NCBI RefSeq assembly: GCF_009914755.1
Contig: NC_060928.1
Length of the DNA stretch: 64,000 nt
Reading direction: 5' to 3' (one strand)
From: the human T2T-CHM13v2.0 reference genome, Homo sapiens
Part shown: in pieces, positions 45,071 through 58,599 of the stretch
Numbering within the stretch: the first letter of the stretch is position 1
How the letters are laid out: each line of letters begins with the position of its first letter
The notes under the pieces: model-generated
What the model was told of the DNA's origin: nothing
What the model saw: only the letters and a program-made list of their open reading frames with translations
Databases searched by the model: none
Made by a program: the position numbers and the translations under genes

Positions 45071-45079
45071 CATTGAGAG

Positions 45080-46430
45080 TTTTTAAATATTAACTTTGTT
45101 GCAGAATGATTTAAATACAATAAAATGCATACACTTTGCATATTTCCAATGAGTTTAACCAGTTTATATACTGATGTAACTCTTATCACAATTGAAACAT
45201 AGAAGATATCTAATATCTCAAAATTCCCCTGCTCCCCTATCCTGTTATTGCCCCCAACTTTCAGCCATAGGCAACCACTGATTCACTTTCTATCACTAAA
45301 AATTAGATTTATCTCTTCTAGAGCTTCGCATAAATGAAACCATACAATAAATACTCTTGTGTTTGGTCTCTTGCTCATAGCATAATGTTTTTGGGACTCA
45401 TCTCTGTTGCTCTCTATATATTGTTAGTTCATTTATTTTTATTGCTAAGTAATATTCCATTGTGTTACATACCATAATTTGTTTATCCATTTACTTGTTG
45501 ATGAACATTGGATTCTTTCCATTTATTAGCTCTTCTGAGTCAAGCTGCTATGAAAATTTGTTTTTAAGTCTTTGTGAGTAAATATCTAGAAATAAAATTG
45601 CTCGGTCATACATAAATGGTTAACTTTATAAGAAATTGCTAGCCTATTTTCAAAGCAGCTGCACCATTTTACATTTCCAGTAGCAATGTATAAGAGTATT
45701 TTTCCTTATAATTGTGAACACTTTATATTGTCAGCCTTTTAAATTTTAGCCATTCTGGGGTATATTTTATTGTGGTTTTAATTTTCATATCCTGATGACT
45801 AATGATGTTCAGCCTCTTTTTATGTGCTTATTGGGCACTGTATCTTCTTTTGTAATGTGTTTATTCAAATGTTTTGCCCATTTTATTTATTTTATTTTAT
45901 TGAGACGGGGTCTCACTCTATTTTCCAGGCTAGAGCGCAGTGGCACAATTACAGCTCACTGTAGCCTCAAATTCCTGGGCTCAAGTGATCCTCCTGCCTC
46001 AGCCTCCCAAGAATCTAGGACTACAGGCATGCATCACCATGCCTAGCTAGTTTTTCATTTTTTCTTGTGGAGACAAGGTCTCGCTATGTTGCCTAGGCCA
46101 GTCTCAAACTCCTGGCCTCAAGTGATCCTCCCGCCTTGGCCTCCCAAAGTGCTGGGATTGCAGGCAAGAGTCACCATGCCCAGCCCTTGCCCATTTTATA
46201 GGGTTGCTTTTCTTATTATTGTCTTTTAAGAGTTTTTTATCTGTTCTAAATATGTCTTCTGCCAAATATATATATATATATATTTGACAGAAACATATAT
46301 AGTTATATATATGTATTTGACAGAAGTATATATAAACTGTGAATGTTATCTTATTTTGTGACTTGCATCTTTATTTTCTTAATTATGTCTTTCAAAGAGT
46401 AGACATTTTTAATCTTAATGTGACCATTGA
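45080..46430 (-). mobile_element. Ancient L1M (L1ME/MB-like) 3' end
   Basis: GGCAACCACTGATTCACTTTCT and TATCCATTTACTTGTTGATGAACATT antisense motifs. Confidence 0.8.
45887..46185 (-). mobile_element. AluJ nested in L1M
   Basis: GCTCAAGTGATCCTCC J-type sites; TSD TTGCCCATTTTAT at 45874-45886 and 46187-46199. Confidence 0.93.
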
Positions 46431-47940
46431 GTTTTTTTGTTAATAGGCTTTATTTCTTAAAACAGTTTTAAGTCCATACAAAACTGAGAAAACAGTAGAA
46501 GAGTTCCCATATACAGTACTCTCTGTCCGCACATATGCACAGCTTACCAACTGTTGACATTCCACACCAGAGTGATGCATTTGTGAAGACTGATGAACCT
46601 ACATTTATACATAATTGCCACCCAAAGTTCATAGTTTATATTGGGGTTCACTCTTCTTTTTGTACATTCCATGGGTTTGAAAAAAACTTATAATGACATG
46701 TATCCATCACTAAAGTATCATACAGAATAGTTTCACTACCCTAAAAACCTCTGGAGTGTGCCTATTCATCATTCCCTCCTCCCAACCCCTGGCAACCACT
46801 GATATTTTCACTGTCTCCGTAGCTTTGCCTTTTCTAGAATGTCACACAGTTGAACTCATACAATTGTATAGTCTTTTCAGATTGTCTTTTTTTCATTTAC
46901 TAATATGCATTTAAGTTTCTTCCATGTCTTTACATGGAAATGGTATGATTGCTCATTTCCTTTTAACACTGAATAATACTCCATTGTCTGAATGAACCAC
47001 TATTTACTTATTCATTCACTTACTGAGGGATACTTTGGTTGCTTTCAAATTTTGGCAGTTACAGATAAAGCTGCTATAAACATCTGTGTGCAAGTTTTTG
47101 TGTAAACGTAAGTTTTCAACTCATTTGAGTAAATACTAAGGAGCATGGTTGCTGGATCACAAGGTAAGCAATGGACTAGAGTTCCTGTTGCTTCACATCC
47201 TTGCCAACATTTGGTGTCATCAGTGTTTACATTTCTTTTCCATTCTAAAAGGTGTGTGGTGTCTTATTGTTTTAATATGCAATTCCTTAATGATATATGA
47301 TATTGAACATCTTTCCATATACTTTGCCATCTGTATGTCTTCTTCAATAAGTTGTCTGTTAGGGTCTTTGGCCCATTTTTAATGGGGTTGTTTTCTTATT
47401 GTTGAGTTTTAAGTGTTCTTTTAATATTTTGCATAGAAATACCATAGATCTTAGTGTGTTCACATTGTGTCCTCTGACTTTACTAAAATCATTTATTATT
47501 CCTAGGAGTTTTGTTTGTTTGCTTTCAGGTTCCTTGACGTTGTCTTCCTTTCCAATCTGTATGACTTATTTCTCTTCTTGCTTTGTTAAACGTGAAACTG
47601 CTTTCAATCTAACATTGAATATGAATGGTAAGAGTGGACATCCTTCCCTTGTTTCTGATCTTAGAGGCAAAGGACTCACTCTTTCACCATCGAGTATGAT
47701 ATCATATCTTCTTCAGATTGTTAAAATGGTGGATTACGTTAACTAATTTTTGAATATTGAACTAGTAGTGCACAATATGGATAAACTTCACTTGCTTATA
47801 GTGTATAATGCTTTTTCTATATTGCTGAATTTGATTTTTTTTTCAAAAATTGTTGTATATGTGTTCATGAAAAAATATGTACTATCTTTGGTTTTCCTCT
47901 CAGGGTAGTGCTGACTTCATAAAATAGGCTAGTAGATGTT

Positions 47941-48246
<306 letters not shown>

Positions 48247-48929
48247 TTAGTAGGTGTTTTTCCTTCTTCTGTTTTCTGAAACACATTGTGTAGTTTTGTT
48301 ATTATTTCTACTTTTTATTTTTTTATTTCCTTTCTACGTGTTTCATACAATTTACTTATAATACTCTAGGTCTAAAGATATTTGGGGGAAAGATATTAAA
48401 TAAATAGGTTTATTCAGGTTATCTATGTTATCTGTTGTAGTTTGTGGTTTATGATGAACTGGTCAGTTTCATCTACATTGTTAAATTTATATGGACAGAT
48501 TGGTTATAGTATTCCCTTTGTATTCTTTTAAAGTCTGATGTGTCTGTAGTGACATCCCCTGTTTTATGCCTTATATTAGTAATTTGTGTCTTCTCTGTTT
48601 TTTCTTTGTACATCAGAATTTTCTTTTTAAGTCTTGCTAGAAGTTGATCATCAAATATATTTTTCAAATTCAAAAAGAGAAGGATAAGCTATTATATTTG
48701 TCAATATATTGAACATCTACCCCTTCTTTATTCCTGATGTTCTAAGTTTCTTCTGGAACTATTTCTCTTTTGTTTAAACAAATTCCTTTAGTACTTCATT
48801 GTGAGCAGGTGTTATGGCAATACATTCTCTTATTTGTCCTTCATCTGAGTGTATCTTAATTTCAGCTAGAGAGTGATTTTACTGAATATGGAATTTTGAG
48901 TTGATAGATTTTTTCTTTTTCTCCTCTAT

Positions 48930-49281
<352 letters not shown>

Positions 49282-52200
49282 TGAGCTTTTCTTGGATCTT
49301 CAAATGCTGAGTAATTGTGGATTGTATTCTGGATACATTGCATATGATGTGAGACTCTGAGTCTTGTTTGAATTATATACAGAATGTTGATAATTTTTGT
49401 ATTGGCAAGCTATTTGGATTTGTCAGTTCACCAGTTCTGACACACTTTCTGTAGGCTGTGGTTCCCTTGTCAGTTCAGTTTCAAAGCCTTTGCAGTATCA
49501 TTCCGATATTAACTGTGAGATTAAATACAAACAGTAATGCCCCATTTTGACGTTTCCTTCTATGTGCACTGCCCCAGTGGCCAGTCTGGAATCTGGGCAG
49601 TGGACTATCTGTTAGTTTAATTCTCAAGGTTTTTGGTATGCTTAAGCTTAGATCCATTCATGCACAGGTGGAGAGTGAGCCCAGGCATCCATAAGCCTGG
49701 GCTTATCGATTATTTTCCTAAACTTTTCCCTCTCAGTGATTTCCATACTATGATCTCTGTGATCCAGCGCCTTCTGGGTAAAACCCACTGCCAGTTTGAT
49801 ATTTCAAATTCTGGTCATCTTTCTCATCTGCCTTATATTATTTACTTTTCAGAGTTCTCATCTTCACATATTCTGTCCAAGTTTCATAGCTGTATTCAGT
49901 AGAAGAGATAGGGTAAACTGTACTTACTCCATTTACCAGGTAGTTATTGTTTTGTTTATTACATGTAGATCTTCAATTCACCAATAATTGATATATGTAA
50001 AAATAAATTGTATTTCTCAATAAACAATAAGAAAATAAAATAAGAACATACCATATATAATAGCATGTTGGCTCACAGGGTATTTGTTGATTAATTTGTT
50101 TGTTTGTTTAGTTATTTATTCTCTCTCTCTCCATTAATTTTAGGCACCACGAAGGCTATGCCTAGGCCTGTTTTCCTCACTCATCCTCATAGACCCAGTG
50201 CTTAACCCAGTGCCTGATATATAGAAAGAGTTCAGTAAATGTTAGTTGAATTTGTAGATGTCTGTGAATGAAAATGTGTTTTATCATAAGAAAATACATA
50301 CTGAATATTGCTATTAAATAATATTAAAAAGTGCTACCATTTGATTCAAAGAAAAAGTATAATGAACAAAAAAGATACTGGAAAGACCTACACTAAAATG
50401 TTAAGAATGGTTGCCTTTGGTGGAGAAGTTGATTGCATACACATATTCTTCTTTATTTGGGCTTTCTTTGTCTTCCCACTTAACTGCACTGTGTCAGTCT
50501 TTAAATTTAAAAATGGTATAAAATAATTTGGCAGTAATCAATGATTGGCATACACAGGATAGAACTGTAAAATAGAAGTTACTTCTCCTAGGTTCAAAGT
50601 ATGAATCTACCTAGTAGAATTTTTGAGTATTTAAAAAACAAGTGTATAATGAGAAGCTTTTAAAGAATGCTAAAGATCTTAGATCACAAGCGAGTGAAAT
50701 AAAAATTCTAGCAAAAGGAGTATTGTGTCAAAATAAGAAACATGATTCTAATAAATAAATGATTTCTAAGTTACATGTTAGCAGAAAAAGTTGGTTGTAT
50801 GAGGTCTAGTCATAGCCATGTGTGAAAAGCTGCCTGAAAGTATAGAATCATCTTGGTGAGGGTTCTAGTCTGCTGCTACCTTGTCAGTGATCTCCTTGAC
50901 CCTCATTCTTGGATAAGTTTTCATGTTTCTTTTTGCTTGATTCTTGTTTTCTACAAGTTCCCTCTTGGTGGTCCACCTTGGCTAGATAGCACAATCCTCC
51001 TTTCAAATTAAATGTGAACGTTAACACCCATTTCTGATGTCCCCTTCTGTGAATACGTTAATATAATGCTAATTTTCTCTTCTATACCTCCCTCGTCCTA
51101 GAAACTGGGGCAGTAAAGCTAAGCATTTTTTTCTATTCTTCATGGGACCTACCTGATCAGAGGAGGCATATATTTTTGTTAGTTTCTTCATTGTAATACA
51201 TTTATAGCATCAAGTCCCTACAGGCAAAGTCAAGCACAGCCTGTGATTTGGAAATCATTCTGTGTAATTTTTGGCTTTAGAATTAGGAAGTCCTTAATTG
51301 TCTCAAACTTAATCTGTGTGTTCTAACCTAAGCTTTTATTAGGATTAAAAGTGATACATTGATTGTATCTGCTTCACAATTTTTCCTTTTTACCCACTGG
51401 TTCAAAGTTCAAATAGAGAAAATCAGGCCCCTTTGATGTTTAACAGTATCATAGCCTGGATGTTCTTCACTGACCCTAAACATTATTTCTCTAACCTCTT
51501 TGTTCACACACATCATTTTGCCCTGCCCAACTCTATACTCTTAAATGGGCATATAACCTTCGTTCTGATTAAATATTCCATAATTTATTTTTCTAGCCTA
51601 TTGAAATCAGTATCAAGTTGCTATCCAAGAATGTAATAAAGAATGTACCTCAGATAAACAAAAGCCTCTCCAGGTTGAATACTCGTGTGCAGACTGAGAG
51701 AAAGGGCTTTATTAAGTGAATGTAGGCTTTTGTACAAATGAGTTTAAATACTGAGTCACTTGACACAATTACATAGTCATTCTGGAAATGGATATTTAAG
51801 CCATGCATATTTGGGTGTGTTTTTATTAAAGCAGATTCTTCTTTATGAACAGTAAGTTGATGTTTGTGCATTTTTCATACATTCTTAAGTTATAATAGCA
51901 GCATTAAATAGTACAATAGAAAAGATTGTCCTTGATCGCAGCTCTTTGAAGATATAGACATGAAATTAAGAATCTCACATGTACTATACTTTTTCTCAAA
52001 GAGGAAAATAAAAAATATGCTTATTTGACATTGTATCAATAGTATATTATGAAGTATTAGAATGTTAAAAACATTTTTTCCTGAAGCAGTTTATAAGAAA
52101 TCTTGACACCATCCCATTTGTGGACAATTTAGCAGGATTTGAGTGTGATCTTTCAATGTATTACTTTGTTTCCTAAGTTGAAATATATTGCAGTAGAAGT

Positions 52201-52721
52201 ATGTTGTGTACAAATTAGTAAGCCTATGTGATTGCTGGGACTCAAAATGTTTAGACAGTTACAGGTACACGGTAGTCCAGAGAGGTTTCCTTGGAATCAG
52301 TGAGATCCTAGAGTTTATATGAAACCCTAGGACTTTATGAAATCCATACTAGTCTCTGAAATTATAAGCAAAAAATCAAGTGAGTGTGTCTTCATGTGTA
52401 TTAATTATTCTGCAGAAAGAATATACAGTTTTCATCAGATTTTTCAAAGATATTTGTAATGTGAAATTTGGCACTTTGGGGCTCAAATAAGTTGTATTTA
52501 ATTGCCAGAAATAATCTGGCATTTCATTCATTAATTCATTCAGAAATAATTATTGAGTGGATACTATGTATCAGACACTGTTTTAGATACTGGAGAACCA
52601 GCAGTAGACAAAACAGTACCTGTCTTTATGAAGTTTACAGGCAAGTAGGGGGAGATAAATATGAAAGAAATTAGTAAATGTATTATGTATCTGAATATGT
52701 CAGATAGTTTTAAATGCCACA

Positions 52722-55700
52722 AACTGATTAATGAAAAAACAAGACCCTATAATCTTCTGCCTAAAAGAGACATACATAAGGACACCTAAGACCCAAAGTA
52801 AAAAGGTGGAAAAGGTCTATCAAGCAAATGGAAAACCAGTGAGCAGGGGTAGATACTCTTATAGAAGACAAAACAAAATTTAAGCCAACAACAGTATAAA
52901 GAAAAAAGAGAAGAACATTATATGTTGATAAAGTGTTCAATACAATAAGAAGATTTAATTATCTTAAATATATACACACCCAACACTTAACACTTAACGT
53001 TTTAAGCATCCAGATTCATAAAACAAATACTATTAGGCCTAAGAAAATAAACTGATAGCAATGCAATAATAGTTAAGGACTTCAACACCCCTCTGACAAC
53101 ACTAGATAGGTCAGAGAGTCAACAAAAAAACTCTGGACATAAACTGGACTCTAGGCCAAATGGAACTAATAGATACTTACAGAACATTCTACGCAAGAAC
53201 AACAGAACATCCATGTTTTTCATCTGCATATGGAACATTCTCCAAAATTGACCATCTGCTTAGCCATAAAGTAAATTTCAGTAAGTTCAAAAAAATCAAA
53301 ATCATGTCAAATACCTTCTTAGACCACAGTGGAATAAAATTAGAAATCAATACTAAGAGGAAATCTTAAAGTTACATAAGTATATGAAAACTAAACAACT
53401 TTCTCTTGAATGACTTTTGGGTAAACAATGACATCAAGGCAGAAATAAAAAAATTTTCCAAAATGAGTGAAAATAGAGACACAACATAGCAAAATCTCTG
53501 GGATATAGCAAAAGGAGTCCTAAAAAATGTTTATAGCATTAAATGCCTACATCAAAAAGATAGAAAGATCTCGATTAACAACCTAATGTCACAACTCAAA
53601 GAAAAACAAGAACAAATCAAACTGAAAGCTAACAGGAGAAAAGAAATAACAAAGATCAGACTAGAACCAAATGAGACTGAGACTGACAAAATGATAAAGA
53701 GGATGAACAAAACAAAAAGCTGTTTCTTTAAAGGGATAAACAAAATTGATAGACCACTAGCTAGTTTAACGATGAGGAAAAGAGAAGATTCAAATACGTA
53801 CAATCGGGAATGATAAAGGCAACATTAAAATAGATACCACAGAAATGCAAAAGATTATCATAGATTACTAGGACCATCACTATAGACACAAACTAGAAAA
53901 CCCAGGGGAAGTGGATAGATTCCTGCAACCATACAACCTCCCAAAATTGAACCAGGAAGAAAAAGAAATCCTTAACAGGACAATAATGTGTAATGAAAGT
54001 AATTCAGTAATAAAAAATCTTCCAACAAGTAAAGTCCCAGGATCAGATGGGTTCACAGGCACATTTTACCAGACATACAAAGAAAGGCTGCTACTAATCT
54101 TATTAAAACTATTCCAAAAAATAAAGTAGGAGGTATTCCTCTCTAACTTATTTCATGGAACCACTATTACCCTGATAACAAAATCAGACAAGAACATAAT
54201 AGAAAAAGAAAACTACAGGCCAAAATTCCTGATGAGCACAAATGCAAAAGTCCTCAACAAAGTAATAGCAAACTGAATCCAACAGCACATTAAATAAATA
54301 ATTCATCATGATCAAGTGGGTTTTATTCCAGGAATGCAAAGGTGGTTCAACATTCACAAATCCGTAAATGTGATTCACCACATATACAGAATTAAAAACA
54401 AAAACCATAGATCATCTCAACTGATGCAGAAAAAAAGCACTCATCTAAATCCAACATACCTTCATGATAAAACCCTCAACAAACTAGGCATTGAAGGAAT
54501 GTGCCTTAATATAATAAGAGACATATATGACAAACCCACAGCTGACATCATACTGAACAGGGAAAAGTTGAAAGGATTCCTCTTAAGAATTGGAGCAAGA
54601 CAAGGTTATCCCCTTTAATCATTTCTATTCAATATAGAACTGGAAGTCCTAGCCAAAGCAATTAGGTAAGAGAAAGAAATAAAAGTCATCCTATTTGGAA
54701 AAGAGGAAGTCATATTATTTCTGTTCATTGATAACAGAATCTTATTATATGTGGAAAACCCAGAAGACTCTTCCAAGACTCGTAGGCTTGATAAACAACT
54801 TCAGTGAAGTTTCACAATACAAAAATCAATGTAAAAAATTAGTAGCAATTTTATACGCTAGTAACATTCAAGCTGAGAACCAAATCAAGAAGTCAATTCT
54901 TACAATAGATACAAAAATAAGTAAATAAAATACATATATATATATTTAACTGAGGAGGTGAAAGATCTCTATAAGAGGAACTATAAAACACTCATGAAAG
55001 AAATAATAGATGATACAAATGAATGCAAAAACTTCCCGTGTTTAAAAAATTAATATAGTTGAAATGATCATACTGCCCAAAGCAGTCTACAGATTTGATG
55101 CAATTTCTATTAATTGCATTCTGGCTGTTATTAAAAAGTCATGAAGCAATAGATATTGTTGTGGATGCAGAAAAAAGGGTTTGCTTTTACACTTTTGGTG
55201 GGAATGTAAGTTAGTAAAACATTTATTTAAAACAGTATGGAGATTTCTCAAAAAACTAAAAATAGAACTACCCTTCAACCCAGCAGTCCCACTACTGGAT
55301 ATATACCCGAAGGAAAAGAAATTGGTATATAAAAAGACACCTGCGTTTGTATGTTTATCATAGCACTAATAGCAATAGCAAAGTTATAGAATCAACTTAA
55401 GTGTACATCAATGGTTGAATGAATAAAGAAAATGTTGTATATATACACCATGGAATAATATGCAGCCATGAAAAAGAATGAAATCATGTCCTTTGCAGCA
55501 ACATGGATGGAGCTGGAGGCCATTATCCTACGTGAACTAACTCCAAAACAGAAAATCAAATATCGCTCATTCTAACTTATAAGTGGGAGCTAACAACTAG
55601 GTGCACATGAATGTAATGATGGAAACAATACATGCTGGGGACTCCAAAAGCAGGCAAGGTGGGATAGACATGAGGGTTGAAAAATTGTCTGTTGGGTACA

Positions 55701-55841
55701 ATGGTAACTATTTGGGTGATGAGTACAACAGAACTCCAAACCCCCATTATGCAAAACATCCATGTAACAAATCTGCACATATACTCCCTCAATCTAAAAT
55801 AAAATAAAAATTTATAAAGTAGAAAAAATGAACTAAATAAA
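52722..55841 (+). mobile_element. Old primate L1 (L1PB4/L1PA16-17-like), 5'-truncated, internal deletion in ORF2
   Basis: Degraded ORF2 fragments (DIYRT-like, FSKIDH, LDHSGI, VPGSDGF, GARQGYPL), 3'UTR and A-rich tail; TSD TAAATGCCACA at 52711-52721 and 55842-55852. Confidence 0.92.
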
Positions 55842-56004
55842 TAAATGCCACAGTTTGAGGGTGATAAGATGGACAGGTATGCATGTGTAGTGGAAAAATG
55901 TGAGGGAGATTGCTATTTTATAAAGGGAGGTCAAGAAAACTCCCTAGTCATGTGACCTTTGAGCAAAGACCTGTAAAAAGTGAATTTTGTGGATAGATAT
56001 GTGA

Positions 56005-56778
56005 TTGATTGTATATTGACCAAGATGACCTTGACTTCCCTTCATCTTGACTTAACTTTAGACAGGTTTTTTTCTGAGTATGGGCCCTTGACCTCCCTTT
56101 TCTTTGAGCATTTCCTTTAGAAATTTTGCAATCTTAAATACCTTCTCTGTTTCTTTGAAATGTAAATTTTCTACAACCAAGGAATGTCTCTCCAAAAGAC
56201 CTGGAAACCTTTTCTTTTAAATGTAATAAGCTAGAAACACAGGGCCCTTATCTCCCAGTCTCTGTGAAAGGGAAGGGGGGCAATAAATGACAATTAGCAA
56301 ACACAGATGGTCTATTGGCATTGACCAACCTCCTGGCTAACTTTCTCCAGTACTTTTGCACTATCTCACCTCTGAGCTTAAAATCTCTCCTACTTTTTGT
56401 TTCAACCTATCTCTCCTTTTGCAATGGACTCGATCCTTATTGCAATAATTTTGAGTAAAGTTTTTCTTTTTCTTTTTTGGAGATGGGGCCTAGCTCTGAA
56501 CCCAGGCTGGAAGGCAGTGCCATGAACATGAATACTATAGCCTCAACCTCCCTCCCATCACAGCCTCCCAAGTATCTGGCACCACAGGTGAATGCCACCA
56601 TGCCTGGCTAGTTTGTTTTTTCTCTTTCTTTCTGAAGAGACAGGGTCCCACTCTGTTGCCCAGGCTGCTCTTGAACTTCTGGGCTCAAGTGATACTCCCA
56701 CCTCAGCCTCCCAAAGTTCTGGGACCAAATAGTTTTCCTTGCCTGATGAATCACTCCAGAGCATTTTTTTCCTTCACA
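56005..56778 (+). mobile_element. ERV1 solo LTR (MER67-like) interrupted by AluJ
   Basis: AACTTTAGACAGG...GACCTCCCTTTTC...GGAATGTCTCTC...CTTATCTCCCAGTCTCTGTG; ends ...CCTTCACA. Confidence 0.7.
56461..56726 (-). mobile_element. AluJ (5'-clipped)
   Basis: Diverged Alu dimer with GGGCTCAAGTGATACTCCCACC. Confidence 0.88.
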
Positions 56779-57530
56779 GTTTAGAGTATGAGAGAAAGAG
56801 AAAAGTGAAAATGGCCCCAAGAAATTTGACTTGAGCAATTTAAAGGAAGTCGTTGTCACTGATTCGGAAAAACAAAATCGTTTTGGAAGGAAGAAGAAAA
56901 TAAATGAAGTCACCTTTGCAGCTGTTACATTTGAGTTATATATTAGATATCTAAGAGGAGAGGTAAAGTGACTAGTTGAAAGTAAGAATCTGGAGTTCAA
57001 GGAAGGGTACTGAATGGAAATATGAATGTTTGCAAGTGTCAGTATAGGCATAGTATTCACATCCATAGGGTGAAATGAAAGTCAGTGGGTTTTGCCAAAA
57101 AGAGGAAAGAGGTCTAATGATTAAGCCCTGGAAAATTTCATTATTATAAGATGATAGGAGACCAGAAAAGTAAAATAACCAGGTACAGTAAATAAGATGA
57201 AAGAGGAACAAGGAGAATAGTGTCCTGGAAGCCAAATGAACAGGGTACTACAAGAAGAAGTGATCAACTGTGTGGAAGGCACAGATAGGTTGAATTAAAG
57301 ATAAAAATTATGAATGCAGGACTTGATTTATCAAAATGGACATTGCAGGGACTTTGACCAGAGCTTTTCGTTGGAATGATGAGAACAAAAGCCTAATTTT
57401 GGTGGGTTCCAGAGTGAAAAAAGGAGAGGAAATGGAGACAATGAGTACACACAACTATTTTGAAGCTTTTCCATAAATGGAAGCAGAGATATGCTATAGT
57501 GGTTGAAGAGGAATATGAAGTTGAAGAGTA

Positions 57531-57674
57531 TTTCCCTCCCTCCCTCTCTCCCTTCCTCCCTCCCTTCCTCCCTCTGTCCCTCCCTCCCTCACTCCCTCCT
57601 TCCTTCCTTCTTTCTTACCTTCCTTCCTTCCATCCTTCCTTCCTCTCTTTCTTTCACTTTCTCTCTTTCTTTTC
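57531..57674 (+). repeat. ~144-bp polypyrimidine (CCCT/CCTT/CT) tract
   Basis: Read directly; abuts the HERV-H 3' LTR. Confidence 0.95.
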
Positions 57675-58123
57675 TTTCATGCGCGTCCGTGTGAAGAAAC
57701 CACCAAACAGGCTTTGTGTGAGCAATATAGCTATTTCACCTGGGTGCAGGTGGGCTGAGTCCGAAAAGAGAGTCAGCGAAGGTAGATAAGGGTGGGGCCG
57801 TTTTATAGGATTTGGGTAGGTAAAGGAAAATTACAGTCAAAGGGAGTTTGTTCTCTGGCGGGCAGGAGTGGGGGTCCCAAGGTGCTCAGTGGGGGTGCTT
57901 TTTGAGCCAGGATGAGCTAGGAAAAGGACTTTCACAAGGTAATGTCATCACTTAAGGCAAGGACCGGCCATTTTCACTTCTTTCATGGTGGAATGTCATC
58001 AGTTAAGGTGGGGCAGGGCATATTCACTTCTTTTGTGATTCTTCAGTTACTTCAGGCCATCTGGGCGTATACATGCAAGTCACAGGGGATGCGATGGCTT
58101 GGCTTGGGCTCAGAGGCCTGACA
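57675..58123 (-). mobile_element. HERV-H 3' LTR (LTR7)
   Basis: Follows the PPT; about 26 substitutions and one 4-bp deletion relative to the 5' LTR (manual count). Confidence 0.96.
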
Positions 58124-58136
58124 TTCCTGCCTTCTT
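58124..58136 (-). promoter_or_regulatory. Polypurine tract
   Basis: AAGAAGGCAGGAA directly before TGTCAGG of the 3' LTR on minus. Confidence 0.9.
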
Positions 58137-58599
58137 ATATTAATAAGAAAAATAAAACAAAATAGTGTTGAAGTGCTGGGGCGGCGAAAATTTTTGGGGG
58201 GTGGTATGGAGAGAGAATGGGCGATGTTTCTCAGGGCTGCTTCAAGCGGGATTAGGGGCGGCGTGGGAACCTAGAGTGGGAGAGATTAAGCTGAAGGGAG
58301 GTCTTGTGGTAAGGGGTGATATTGTGGGGATGTTAGAAGAAACATTTGTCATATAGAATGATTGATGATGGCCTGGATACGGTTTTGTATGAATTGAGAA
58401 ACTAAATGGAATGACAGAAGGAGAAAAACAGGTATAAAAGGTCTAAGAATTGGGATGACTCAGGATATCTGATTAGAGACTGCCTAAGGAGATTCAGCAT
58501 AGTCCTGCCAGCAAAGATTATTTATTTAAGAGTTAAGAGTGGCAGTTTGGGGATAGCACCAGGAGATATCAGCTGTGATGGCTTGGAAAAACAGTGTAA

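Noticed and set aside
57460-57789. 109-aa Pro/Ser/Phe-rich ORF
   Set aside because: Translation of the CT microsatellite and antisense LTR
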